Source: Candidatus Bathyarchaeota archaeon (GTDB lineage Archaea > Thermoproteota > Bathyarchaeia > 40CM-2-53-6). Taken from it: a stretch of DNA of 64,000 nt. Every line of letters starts with the position of its first letter. Position 1 is the stretch's first letter. Below the pieces are notes generated by a model. It saw only the letters and a list, made by a program, of their open reading frames with translations. It did no database searches and was not told the origin of the DNA. Shown here in pieces: positions 9,595 to 18,513 of the stretch. The stretch spans positions 1,536,001 through 1,600,000 of the forward strand of contig CAVSBL010000002.1 in the NCBI GenBank assembly GCA_963726255.1, given 5' to 3'. The position numbers were made by a program, and so were the translations under genes.

Positions 9595-10524
9595 CTACCC
9601 TGAGGTAAGCATCTTCGTCTTGACCTTGCCTTTTGCAATATCGACAATTGCTCCGCGAAGCACACCCTGCGCGTACTCGCTGCCTGGATTAATGCAGATC
9701 GTTCTTCCAATCTCGATTATGCCTTTCGATTCATGTATGTGCCCGTGAACTGACAGCAGCGGCTGGTACTTCTTGATGACGTCCAGCACCGCCTTGCTAC
9801 CAGCATGAATCTCATCTGTTGCTGATGGGGTCATGTCTTCCGATAGCTTTGGGCATACGTCGAGGGTTGTGTCAATCGGTGGATCATGCATCATGAATAT
9901 GCTGTTCTCGAAGTCTCGCACTTGACTCGTTAGGGACTGAATCCTATTCGCTAGCTCCTCTTCTTCACATTCGCGCGGTGTCTTCCAAGGGCTAGGGCCA
10001 CTATACGTGCAGCATATAATCTCATATTCATCCACTTCGAATTTCTTATCGCCAACGTTTATGAATCGTGTAGACTTGTTGAGCGTGTCCTCGATTTCAA
10101 GGGGGTCATCGTTTCCTGCGGCGATGAAGAGTTTGGCTTTGCTTTTCGTGAGCCGTTCTTCGGCGAGTTTGGACCAGGATTCCATGCGTTCTGTGAAAAA
10201 TTTCAGGAAAAGAGCATCCATTAGTTCCGGATTTGATTGAATTTTCGCAATCTCTTCCACTGTGCTCCGGTAGGGATAGTAACCTACAGCGCCGACTTTC
10301 TTTTCCAACTGAGCGAGTTCAGCTTCATTCTTAATGACGGTCTTTCGACCTAAGAAATCCGTGCTGTATGTCCCATCAGGGCTCTGGACTATGGGGACGA
10401 TTACTTTTCCCCTCAAGTCTCCAAGAAGCATAGCGACATCTGCCCCGTACACGTCTATGGCATTTAGGAATTTTCGGAAGCACGTTTCAGAACTATGAAC
10501 ATCGGCAGCGAAGAAAAACCTCAT
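9595..10524 (-). CDS. Calcineurin-like (Icc-type) metallophosphoesterase
   Basis: ADVHSS, GDL, GNDD, HDPP, HGHIHE, INPGS. Confidence 0.92.
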   Translation of the reverse strand: MRFFFAADVHSSETCFRKFLNAIDVYGADVAMLLGDLRGKVIVPIVQSPDGTYSTDFLGRKTVIKNEAELAQLEKKVGAVGYYPYRSTVEEIAKIQSNPELMDALFLKFFTERMESWSKLAEERLTKSKAKLFIAAGNDDPLEIEDTLNKSTRFINVGDKKFEVDEYEIICCTYSGPSPWKTPRECEEEELANRIQSLTSQVRDFENSIFMMHDPPIDTTLDVCPKLSEDMTPSATDEIHAGSKAVLDVIKKYQPLLSVHGHIHESKGIIEIGRTICINPGSEYAQGVLRGAIVDIAKGKVKTKMLTSG

Positions 10525-10548
10525 TCAACGGACCCTCCAATCTTCTCC

Positions 10549-11361
10549 TTATGTCATCGCGGCTGTCTCTTCGACATCCGTGTACCATTTTCTCTTTGTG
10601 CCAATTTTTGCCCTAAGTTTCCATGACATTGTCTTTTCCTGACCGTCGATCACTTTCAGGAGTGTGTCTACTTTATCTGAAACATCGCTTCGGTCTTCTG
10701 AGCCAAGCTGGGGATACTTTTCGAGAAATTCTTGTACTTTCTTCAGGTTCGAAGTGACGGTGTAGTAGAACCCCCAGTCATCGGCGAGCACGTTCGCGAC
10801 ATGTCGCCCATCGATCGTCTCTGGAGTGGAATCACCGACCGCATGCTCGCGTAGGAGCATAATGGTATCGATGACATCTTTCTCATTGATCTGGACTATC
10901 TGCATTTTTTCTAGAAGCATATCTGCCAGCGGAATGGTATATTCTTCCAGTTCGAGTCGATTGGTGAATAGGATTTCGTGGTTCATGGCAAGTTTGTCGA
11001 AGAAGACGTCCACATGAAGGCCGTTAGTCTTGCTGTCCCAAATCATGCGCGTATGGCCGAACAGCCCTGTGAAGAGCGGATTATCCTCGTAACCCAATTC
11101 TCTCATAAGGTTGTCAACCGGTACTTTCTCTCGACCGTAAGCAGCGAGGTCAAGATCGGTCAGTACTCTGCCAAGTTTCAGGGCGAGAAAATTGTATTTT
11201 GGGCAATGTGCCTGGAACGCTATCGCACCAAGCAAGCGAAGATGTAGGTTCCGCGTATTCCCCTCTGTAACGATTCGCTGCGCTTCTGACATCATCTGTG
11301 TGAGCTGAACGGTCTTCTTCTGGACATTTTCCAAATGATCTGCCTTCGTCAACCAGCGCAA
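10549..11361 (-). CDS. Pol-beta-fold nucleotidyltransferase-like protein
   Basis: LRLLGAIAF...TDLDL motif, third Asp in HVDVF, LLEKMQI...NEKD. Confidence 0.75.
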   Translation of the reverse strand: MRWLTKADHLENVQKKTVQLTQMMSEAQRIVTEGNTRNLHLRLLGAIAFQAHCPKYNFLALKLGRVLTDLDLAAYGREKVPVDNLMRELGYEDNPLFTGLFGHTRMIWDSKTNGLHVDVFFDKLAMNHEILFTNRLELEEYTIPLADMLLEKMQIVQINEKDVIDTIMLLREHAVGDSTPETIDGRHVANVLADDWGFYYTVTSNLKKVQEFLEKYPQLGSEDRSDVSDKVDTLLKVIDGQEKTMSWKLRAKIGTKRKWYTDVEETAAMT

Positions 11362-11452
11362 TCCCCGTCGTAATTAAGATATATCTTCACTCGCCACTGC
11401 TGTAAGGTGGAGGTAAGCGCGTACGCAGACGCGCCTACCTGAAGTTGACTTT

Positions 11453-13057
11453 CTATTCTGGCGGAAGCTCCTTGAAAGCGAGGCTTATGTCTATGCCTTC
11501 CTTCGCAGCCTTTGCCTTGAAGGCGTAGTACCAGATTACCATGAAGATAGTTACACCGATTAGCATTGGCACCCAGATTTGCCACGCGCCGTAAAGCGCG
11601 GGTGCAGTGAGGTAGAAGTAGCCTCCCACCCAGAAGTAGCCCAGCGAAATTATCCCGGCGATCGTTGCCAAGGGAATTGGGCCGATCTTCCAGTTGTGTG
11701 GGGAAGCATTCCAGATGTGCCGCGCCTTCTTGACGAACGGAAATGCGATTGCGCAGAGGGCAGCGATCGTGAACGTTGTAATGTATTGAACGACCGTGTT
11801 GGCGGACCCGCCTATCCATGAGCCGAGTACAGGATTGAGCAAGTATCCGACTACGCCCAATTCGGCAACGATAAACACGAATATGCAGTTCTTTAGCAGC
11901 GTGTGAGTTCGTGGGTTCACGTCGGTGAACCACTTGGGGCCTAGGCGGTCCATTCCGAAACCCATCAGATACCTGGGGGCGGCCACGAACTGAAGGGGCA
12001 TCCAGATCAGGTTGGAGAGTAGAACGCTTGAGCCCATGACGATTAGCAGGAGCTTGTTAGTTGTGAATATGCCCGATAGAGTCACGAAGTCAGGAGTGAA
12101 GGGCATGTTATACCCTGACAAGCCAGCCTGTTCGACGTATGCAGAGGCCACTGTAAAGTCCCTTCCAATAATGCCTTGCAGCAGAAAACCTACCAACATC
12201 ATTAGTAACCCTGGGATGACAACAGCAGAAGTCTGAGCGACTATGAGGTTTCGTTCGGGTCGCTTCACTTCTCCGCTGATGAAGACAGTGACGTATGCGT
12301 ATTCGGCCCACCACCCATACACGCTGGTGGCCAGCCCAATAGTTGAGACCCAGTCAACACCTGAGCCTACTGGGTATCCCTGAGCCTTGACGGCGTCAAT
12401 CAGCCCTTGGTAATCGTACGAGCCATATTGCTTAGCTAACACGTTCCACGTATTCACAAAATCCTGATGCGAATGCGAGAGCCCAAAGAACATCACGACA
12501 GAGAACGTGACTACCGCGAGTATCATTAGGACTCTTTGTTGCAGGGCAAAGTAACGTAGGCGCATGAGTGCGCCGAAAACAAATCCGTAGAAGATAGCTA
12601 ACGTCGTAATGATTAAGGTAAGGTCAGGCTGAGTAACTCTCGCGACTAGGCTGGCTGAGCCTAGCATGCCAAATATAGTCGTCAAACCGGGTTTCACATA
12701 CAACGGAGAGAGTGTCCACAGCCAAGCAATGATGACAAAGACACCGCTGATAGCTGCGTTAACCACGCCAATTAGCGGGTGCAGAATTCTGGAGGCGTAT
12801 ACATAGTCACCTGCACTCCTCGGCATCGAACCACCAAGAATACCCCATACCAAGCCCTGCCCGAGCGTACACCACACCATTGCGATGAACGCGGCCCAGA
12901 CCAAGTCGGCTCTCGGAAAGAGGAAAAGGCCGAAGCTTGAGCCGAGCCAGAAGTTGAAGGTGAGCCCCTGGTTCATGAAACCTGTGGCGAAAGCATCCAG
13001 AAGACCCGCTTCTTTCACAAGTCCGCTAGATCTTCTTGCGAATAGCTGGGTAGCCAA
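11453..13057 (-). CDS. APC-superfamily amino acid/polyamine permease
   Basis: FARRSSGLVKE, MPRSAGDYVYASR, SGEVK, RYLMGFGMDRLGP, ~12 TM segments, FKELPPE end. Confidence 0.92.
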   Translation of the reverse strand: MATQLFARRSSGLVKEAGLLDAFATGFMNQGLTFNFWLGSSFGLFLFPRADLVWAAFIAMVWCTLGQGLVWGILGGSMPRSAGDYVYASRILHPLIGVVNAAISGVFVIIAWLWTLSPLYVKPGLTTIFGMLGSASLVARVTQPDLTLIITTLAIFYGFVFGALMRLRYFALQQRVLMILAVVTFSVVMFFGLSHSHQDFVNTWNVLAKQYGSYDYQGLIDAVKAQGYPVGSGVDWVSTIGLATSVYGWWAEYAYVTVFISGEVKRPERNLIVAQTSAVVIPGLLMMLVGFLLQGIIGRDFTVASAYVEQAGLSGYNMPFTPDFVTLSGIFTTNKLLLIVMGSSVLLSNLIWMPLQFVAAPRYLMGFGMDRLGPKWFTDVNPRTHTLLKNCIFVFIVAELGVVGYLLNPVLGSWIGGSANTVVQYITTFTIAALCAIAFPFVKKARHIWNASPHNWKIGPIPLATIAGIISLGYFWVGGYFYLTAPALYGAWQIWVPMLIGVTIFMVIWYYAFKAKAAKEGIDISLAFKELPPE

Positions 13058-13164
13058 ATTAGACCGGAAATAGCTGCACTCTGTGCGAATATAAGCCTTG
13101 GCAATTAAACGGTCTCAAACCTGGAAAAAACCCGATAAGATATAAATAAATAGTAAGTAGATTC

Positions 13165-13196
13165 GAGATGAGGTGGGATCGAACTCACGATATCTC
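13165..13196 (-). other. tRNA T-arm-like hairpin (possible tRNA 3' remnant), not a complete tRNA
   Basis: Minus strand reads GTGAG-TTCGAT-CCCAC; plus strand folds GAGAT..GTGGG/CTCAC..ATCTC. Confidence 0.3.
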
Positions 13197-13396
13197 CTTC
13201 GAAGAAATCTTGACTGCGTAAGTACATCAGAACTCATAGTCATCAACCTACTTTCTCAGAACGACCAAGCGTCTCAGCAGGTGGGTCCGACCCCAGTCAT
13301 GCGCGGCTTCCTTCTTGCCGTAGCCAATCAAAGTATGATTTGAGCCAGTAATGAGACTAGAGTAAGACTCTCTACCGCCTCTCGGTTTGACCTGTA

Positions 13397-13476
13397 GGAA
13401 ACGCGATCAATATTGAGGGCCGTGGGCTCTGAGGAGAATGCTCCCCGTGACAAGGCTCCAGGTGGCGACGCTGCCA
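13397..13476 (+). repeat. Diverged direct repeat, copy B (partner at 6661-6736)
   Basis: Shares ACGCGAT-AAT-TTGAGGGCCGT-GGCTC...ACAAG...CCAGGTG...CTGCCA with copy A. Confidence 0.8.
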
Positions 13477-13597
13477 ACTTGGACCAAGGCGAGAATCTTG
13501 GATTGATAAACTGCAAAGGTCAAAGCAAACCCCCCGCTTCTGTCGCCTCACTGCATTCGTCCTTCTAGCCCAAGGAGTTTCTCATGGCCGAACAAGA

Positions 13598-13828
13598 CTA
13601 TTCTAAGACGATTGTTGTAACGGTGGAACGGACGCCGGGAAGTCGCCGTATCTTCCATGTGATGATCTCTTTCAACCCATCCATCGAATCAGCTTCAACT
13701 TTTGCAATCATGTCGTAGATACCGTAAGTTCGGTGGCAGTCCTTCACATTCGGAAGCTTCCGAACTTCTTTGAGCACCTCCTCTTCCGAACCCGGCTCAA
13801 CGTTGACCAAAACATAGGAAACAGACAT
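13598..13828 (-). CDS. Lrp/AsnC ligand-binding (RAM) domain protein
   Basis: YVLVNVEPG, YGIYDMIAKV, IRRLPGVRSTVT. Confidence 0.92.
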   Translation of the reverse strand: MSVSYVLVNVEPGSEEEVLKEVRKLPNVKDCHRTYGIYDMIAKVEADSMDGLKEIITWKIRRLPGVRSTVTTIVLE

Positions 13829-13904
13829 AACAGAACCTCATCAAGCACCTCCAAAGTACGGGTAAAAGCCTTCCCTATGAGTGAATTATAGACGGCACGT
13901 GATG

Positions 13905-14269
13905 TCCAGAATTGTTTCGCAACCTCGCTCCCGAAAAGTTTCAGTTCATCCAATTGTCGGTCGGGTTCGAAACTCATTATGAATAACTGAACTCCAGCGT
14001 CTCGGAACAATTCTAACTGTCGTCGAACATCCTCCGGATCACCGTAGACGACCATCTCTCGCAGCATATGTTCCGGAACGCCCTTGTATCTCGTCGCGAT
14101 TCGCTGTTCTAGCGCATGGGGAAAAGGTGACGATAGCGGCTTTGATTTCCTCTGCTCCGAGCTGTTTGTCTATGAGCGTCTTCAAGTTGACCCTCTCACC
14201 CTCAAAGATACCGCCAACCGTATCTTCAGAAGGAGCTCCGCCCAGTTTGATCGCTTTAAACATCATCAT
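13905..14269 (-). pseudogene. Truncated, frameshifted remnant of an LLM-class (luciferase-like) flavin/F420 oxidoreductase
   Basis: Typical LLM C-terminus VYGDPEDVRRQLELFRDAGVQLFIMSF...LKLFGSEV spread over two frames; N-terminal barrel absent. Confidence 0.65.
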
Positions 14270-14306
14270 GCCTTGCCTATGCTATCGGCTGGGCTAGCCT
14301 CTTAAT

Positions 14307-14379
14307 CTTGTGTGTGCGCAGCATCAGAACCAAGCACAGAAGCAACGATTATTAGAATTACGATGCGCGCATACACAAG
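14307..14379. repeat. Palindromic dispersed element R1 (73 bp)
   Basis: Left arm CTTGTGTGTGCGCAGCATC, right arm GATGCGCGCATACACAAG; one bulged A and one G-T pair. Confidence 0.8.
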
Positions 14380-14454
14380 GAATGTCAGTTCGGCATCAAT
14401 ATTATGGAGACTCATTAAACAAAATGCTCACTCTTCCTTTAGAGATGCATGTGA

Positions 14455-15579
14455 ATGAATTTCTACGTCACATTAACGACGAACTGCAATCTGAGATGCA
14501 AGTACTGTTATGAGAAATCCTGCGAGGATTTCGGAAGCGATTTCCATGGTCTCGCCATAGACTACTCAATTCCCTCTTCTGTAGCGTATGGAATTGACGT
14601 ATTGCGGAATTTTCTGGAACAAGATAATGATCCAGTTGTCATATTCTATGGAGGCGAGCCTCTCCTTCAGATGAAAAGGCTGAAAGAAACGATGGATGCT
14701 GTCCCGAACGCTCACTTCATCATCCAGACCAATGGTCTAATGCTAGATAGATTGGACTCAAACTATCTGAATAGGCTTGAATCGATTTTCGTCTCTCTCG
14801 ATGGTGACGAAGCGTTAACTGACTACTACCGGGGAAGAGGCACATACAGGAGGGTGGAGGATAATGTGAAGAGAGTTCGTGAACTTGGGTTTCGAGGCGA
14901 AATTGTCGCTAGGATGACAGTCGCTGAAGCGACTGAGATTGACACGCAGGTCTTGGCGTTGATCAACAGAGACACGCTGCCGATTTCGTCTGTCCATTGG
15001 CAGTTGGACGCATTGTTCTGGCAGAACGATTATCCGAAACGTCGATTCTTTGAGTGGGCTGGGCAAAGCTACAATCCACGGCTAAGAAAACTGATTTCTG
15101 CTTGGGTCGAACACATGAGAAATGCTGGAGAGGTGTGGCGTCTGTACCCATTCGTTGGGGTCATGCATTCAATGCTTAACGGTGAGTCAAGTCCTCTTCG
15201 ATGCGGAGCCGGATGGTGCGTATTCAACATACAAACCGACGGCAACATTACCCCATGCCCGGTCATGGCGGGCATGAAGGACTTCTACCTAGGCCACATC
15301 AGTAACGCCTCCAGCAAAAGCCTGAAAGATACCGTGTTCGTATCTGAACCATGTACATCATGTAAGTTCATCACAATATGCGGTGGCCGTTGCCTCTACG
15401 CGAATGTTACTCGACTCTGGGGAAATGAAGGATTCAATCAGGTCTGTGGCACGGTCGTAAACATGATAGAAGCACTCTACGATGCGGTCCCACAGATCAA
15501 ATCACTAATAGAAACCGGTAGGGTTCAACTGAAAGACTTCGAGTACCCCAGATACAATGGTTGCGAAATAATTCCTTGA
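14455..15579 (+). CDS. Radical SAM/SPASM protein, AF0577 (TIGR04084)-like putative peptide-modifying enzyme
   Basis: CNLRCKYC, FYGGEPLL, HWQLD, LRCGAG, PCP, CTSC...CGGRC, C-terminal EIIP. Confidence 0.9.
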   Translation: MNFYVTLTTNCNLRCKYCYEKSCEDFGSDFHGLAIDYSIPSSVAYGIDVLRNFLEQDNDPVVIFYGGEPLLQMKRLKETMDAVPNAHFIIQTNGLMLDRLDSNYLNRLESIFVSLDGDEALTDYYRGRGTYRRVEDNVKRVRELGFRGEIVARMTVAEATEIDTQVLALINRDTLPISSVHWQLDALFWQNDYPKRRFFEWAGQSYNPRLRKLISAWVEHMRNAGEVWRLYPFVGVMHSMLNGESSPLRCGAGWCVFNIQTDGNITPCPVMAGMKDFYLGHISNASSKSLKDTVFVSEPCTSCKFITICGGRCLYANVTRLWGNEGFNQVCGTVVNMIEALYDAVPQIKSLIETGRVQLKDFEYPRYNGCEIIP

Positions 15580-15615
15580 CGTGTTTGATTGTTTCCTTGG
15601 AACTCCCCGACAGTT

Positions 15616-15662
15616 TGTGTGTGTGCGCCAGCATTCCCGCACAACCAGAAGTTGTCCGCGCA
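15616..15662. repeat. Dispersed element R2 (degenerate right arm)
   Basis: TGTGTGTGTGCGCCAGCAT...CAGAAG resembles the R1 left half. Confidence 0.6.
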
Positions 15663-15677
15663 ATTCCATAAGCCGCA

Positions 15678-17024
15678 TCAGGCGGGGCCGGAGATCTGAA
15701 CGCCGTCGAATCTAATGTAAGGAGCAACGCATCCTAATGAGGAGCCCGAAACCACTTCCGGATTGTCCGAGATTCCTGAAATCCTCTGGAGGAGGCCCAA
15801 TGCAGTTCCACTAAACGTTCCGCCCACAATCCCTTCGCCCAATTCGCCATTCTTGATTTCCTGCGCGTTTCGGATTTCTGATCCGAATCGGGTAGTGATT
15901 TCATCAGGGTTGAGCCATGCTGGGTGGTAGATCAGTAAGCCGTCCTTCACATCACGAATCAGTTCTTCTAGGCTTTCAGTTCCAGGTTTGATGTATAGGT
16001 TGGTGGTCGAGTTCTCGGGGGGAACTTGGTACCGTTCGTCCGCGTCAGCTCCGAACCCGGCGCGAATACCGTTGCCAGTTGGCTTCGATCCCATTGTCTG
16101 CGCATGGAGTTGGTCGTAGATGTAATTCTTGAAGAAGCCCTTCTCAATGATCGTGGTCTTCTGTTGAGGTTGCCCTTCGTCATCGAATGGGTTCGTGCGG
16201 AGGCCGTACGGGTAGAGGCCATCATCAACAATGGTCAATTGATCGGATGCGACCCTGTCGCCCTTCTTGAATCGGGACAGGGTCTGTTTGACTGCCTCTG
16301 CACTTGCGTGGAAGCCAACAGTTGGGAGAAATGTGTCACAAACGAGAGTGGGGGCAAAGATGACGGTTGTCTGCTTGGTCTTTGGCGGATGGCGTTTCAG
16401 GCTGCTCTTAGCGATGCTTAGCCACTCAGGGATGATTTTGTCAGGGGCCAGATCGGCGAGTCTGCACGCGTGGCGTGTAGGCCAGAATTCAGTTACGTTG
16501 CTGCCGCCGCCAACCTTCAATGTCATCTCAACGTAAAGATGTGTGCCAGTCGACTCGTATGAGAGTCCGCGACTATTCAATATCTGATTCTCAACGACGT
16601 ATGTGCGGACTTTGCCGAAGGTTAGAGTGATGTCCTTCTCATTTGAGATCAGTGACTGAACTGTCTCAGCATAGTCCTTTGCCACCTTCTCCTTGTTGTC
16701 CTTGATCTTGATGTCCACTGTCTTGGTTGTTGGAAGTTTTTTCTTGTTGGGGAGTTCGAAGAAGGGGGAGCGGTTCTGTTTGGCAAGATCGTGCGCTCTT
16801 TTGGCGGTTGCCTCCACCGCCTCCTCGGAGTTGCAGGACGCAAAACCGACTCCAGCGCCATCGTCTCGTGGAATTATCACTCGAACTCCATATCCTGTGT
16901 TTTCCTGTCGGATTGAGGCTTCTCTCTGATGTCCTCTCAGATGGAGGTCCGTTCTCTTCGAGTGTTGTATGAAGACTTCCCATTGAGCTCTTGTTGCTCT
17001 GTCGAGAACTTGGCGTATGTTCAT
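15678..17024 (-). CDS. tldE: TldE/PmbA-family protein
   Basis: PFDDEG, TGNGIR, NLYIKPG, APYIRF; no HExxH; ATG at 17024 overlaps the tldD stop. Confidence 0.9.
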   Translation of the reverse strand: MNIRQVLDRATRAQWEVFIQHSKRTDLHLRGHQREASIRQENTGYGVRVIIPRDDGAGVGFASCNSEEAVEATAKRAHDLAKQNRSPFFELPNKKKLPTTKTVDIKIKDNKEKVAKDYAETVQSLISNEKDITLTFGKVRTYVVENQILNSRGLSYESTGTHLYVEMTLKVGGGSNVTEFWPTRHACRLADLAPDKIIPEWLSIAKSSLKRHPPKTKQTTVIFAPTLVCDTFLPTVGFHASAEAVKQTLSRFKKGDRVASDQLTIVDDGLYPYGLRTNPFDDEGQPQQKTTIIEKGFFKNYIYDQLHAQTMGSKPTGNGIRAGFGADADERYQVPPENSTTNLYIKPGTESLEELIRDVKDGLLIYHPAWLNPDEITTRFGSEIRNAQEIKNGELGEGIVGGTFSGTALGLLQRISGISDNPEVVSGSSLGCVAPYIRFDGVQISGPA

Positions 17025-18415
17025 GCGATCACCGCCTTGGTTCTCCACCATGTTCCGCCGGCTCCTACTGGAACATAGTCTTCCGTTCCTTTTCCACAGG
17101 TCCCAGGGTCCACGAAGAACCCTTCTTTGCTGACCGCGTCTACGTTTCCGAGCACCTCTAGGACTCGCCCAGTCAGGGTTACTGACTTGAGCGGTTTCGT
17201 TTTCTCCCCGTTCTCGATAAGGAACCCTTTCTTGGAGGTTACCTGCATTCCTCCTCCTAAGGGGTCCTCGATACCGTACTGCCATCGCATCATCATGACG
17301 CCGTTCCTGGTTTCTTTGATGATTTCATCGATGCTCCAATCGCCTGGTTTCGAGTAGGTGTTGCTCATTCTGATGAAGCGTCTTCGTAATGCATTCTGGG
17401 TCCTCGAACTCGCGGTCAATTGCGCATTCATGGCCGCGCTGGTTTCAACATCGTGTAGAAAGCTGACGAGCATCCCTTTCTCTACCAATGTGTTCTTTTT
17501 GGCTGGGGCACCGTCGTCATCGAACTGGTAGCTTCCCCATCCCCGCTTGAGGGATGAGTCCTCGTAGATGGTTACGATGTCTGAGGCAACTTTCTTTCCC
17601 AGCAGATCCTTGAGGTATGAGCGCCCTCTGATCGCTTGATCGGCCTCCAGGCCATGGCCGAAGGACTCATGACAAACTGTACCCACCGTCCCTGGGTCAA
17701 TGATCACGTTCTGAGGCCCCGCCGGTGGCGTCACAGCCTTAAGCTGTAGCAGGGCACCTTCAACAGTCTCCTTCACCATTTCCTGCGTGAGGTTCTCCAC
17801 AACCTCATAGCCCATGGTGCCACCAGATGAGAGTATGTCGTAATCGGTCACATCGTTTTCCTTGACGATAACCTGTATCGAGATTCTCGTTCGAGGAATG
17901 CGTTGCCTTGCAAATGTGCCGTGGGAAGATACGAGCGCTCTCTGCAACCCTATTTCGGAATAGTAGACTTCAACGTCAAGGACTCTGGAGTCCATCCCCT
18001 TTGCGAGACTGTAGAGTTCTCGAATCCTCTGCAACTTATCTTCAAGCGCAACCTCGCCCGCGTCCATAGCCACCGGAGTCTTCACATCGAGCTTGATGGG
18101 GTCAGGCAGAAACAAGCGAGTCTTTGCCTTTGAACCAGACCGTTTTGCATTCACGGACTGCGCGAGTTTACGTATCGTTGGGAGATCTGCCTTGTTGGAC
18201 TCTGAGTAGACCCATCCATTGTCGGTGAATGCTCTAAAGGAAACGCCTTGAATGGAGCTTGACCCTATCGTTTCTCGGTCCTTGTTCTTTCTGATTAGAA
18301 GTTGGTTTTGCCAATCATAAAGACCATCAGAATAGGGCAGGCTTAATCTCTTTAGTGTCTGCTGAATATCGCCCATCACTCGGTCGGATTCACTAAGGCC
18401 GCTCAAGCCAACCAC
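17021..18415 (-). CDS. tldD: TldD-family metalloprotease (start may be 18376)
   Basis: HESFGHGLEAD, FDDDG, RMSNTY, CGKG, VPVGAGG. Confidence 0.93.
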   Translation of the reverse strand: MVGLSGLSESDRVMGDIQQTLKRLSLPYSDGLYDWQNQLLIRKNKDRETIGSSSIQGVSFRAFTDNGWVYSESNKADLPTIRKLAQSVNAKRSGSKAKTRLFLPDPIKLDVKTPVAMDAGEVALEDKLQRIRELYSLAKGMDSRVLDVEVYYSEIGLQRALVSSHGTFARQRIPRTRISIQVIVKENDVTDYDILSSGGTMGYEVVENLTQEMVKETVEGALLQLKAVTPPAGPQNVIIDPGTVGTVCHESFGHGLEADQAIRGRSYLKDLLGKKVASDIVTIYEDSSLKRGWGSYQFDDDGAPAKKNTLVEKGMLVSFLHDVETSAAMNAQLTASSRTQNALRRRFIRMSNTYSKPGDWSIDEIIKETRNGVMMMRWQYGIEDPLGGGMQVTSKKGFLIENGEKTKPLKSVTLTGRVLEVLGNVDAVSKEGFFVDPGTCGKGTEDYVPVGAGGTWWRTKAVIA

Positions 18416-18513
18416 GACACCAAGTCAAAAAGTCACACGCAAAACGCAGATTAAAGTCAACCCTTGCAGAAGGCTCTGAGCCGAAGCGTTAGTCGTAAAG
18501 ACGTATAGGACCA

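Noticed and set aside
14310-14513. 67-aa ORF as the RiPP precursor for the rSAM enzyme
   Set aside because: It starts inside the R1 repeat, overlaps the rSAM gene out of frame and has no precursor-like features.
17025-17285. N-terminal extension of tldE in the ORF track
   Set aside because: It overlaps tldD in another frame; the ATG at 17024 overlapping the tldD stop is the more plausible start.
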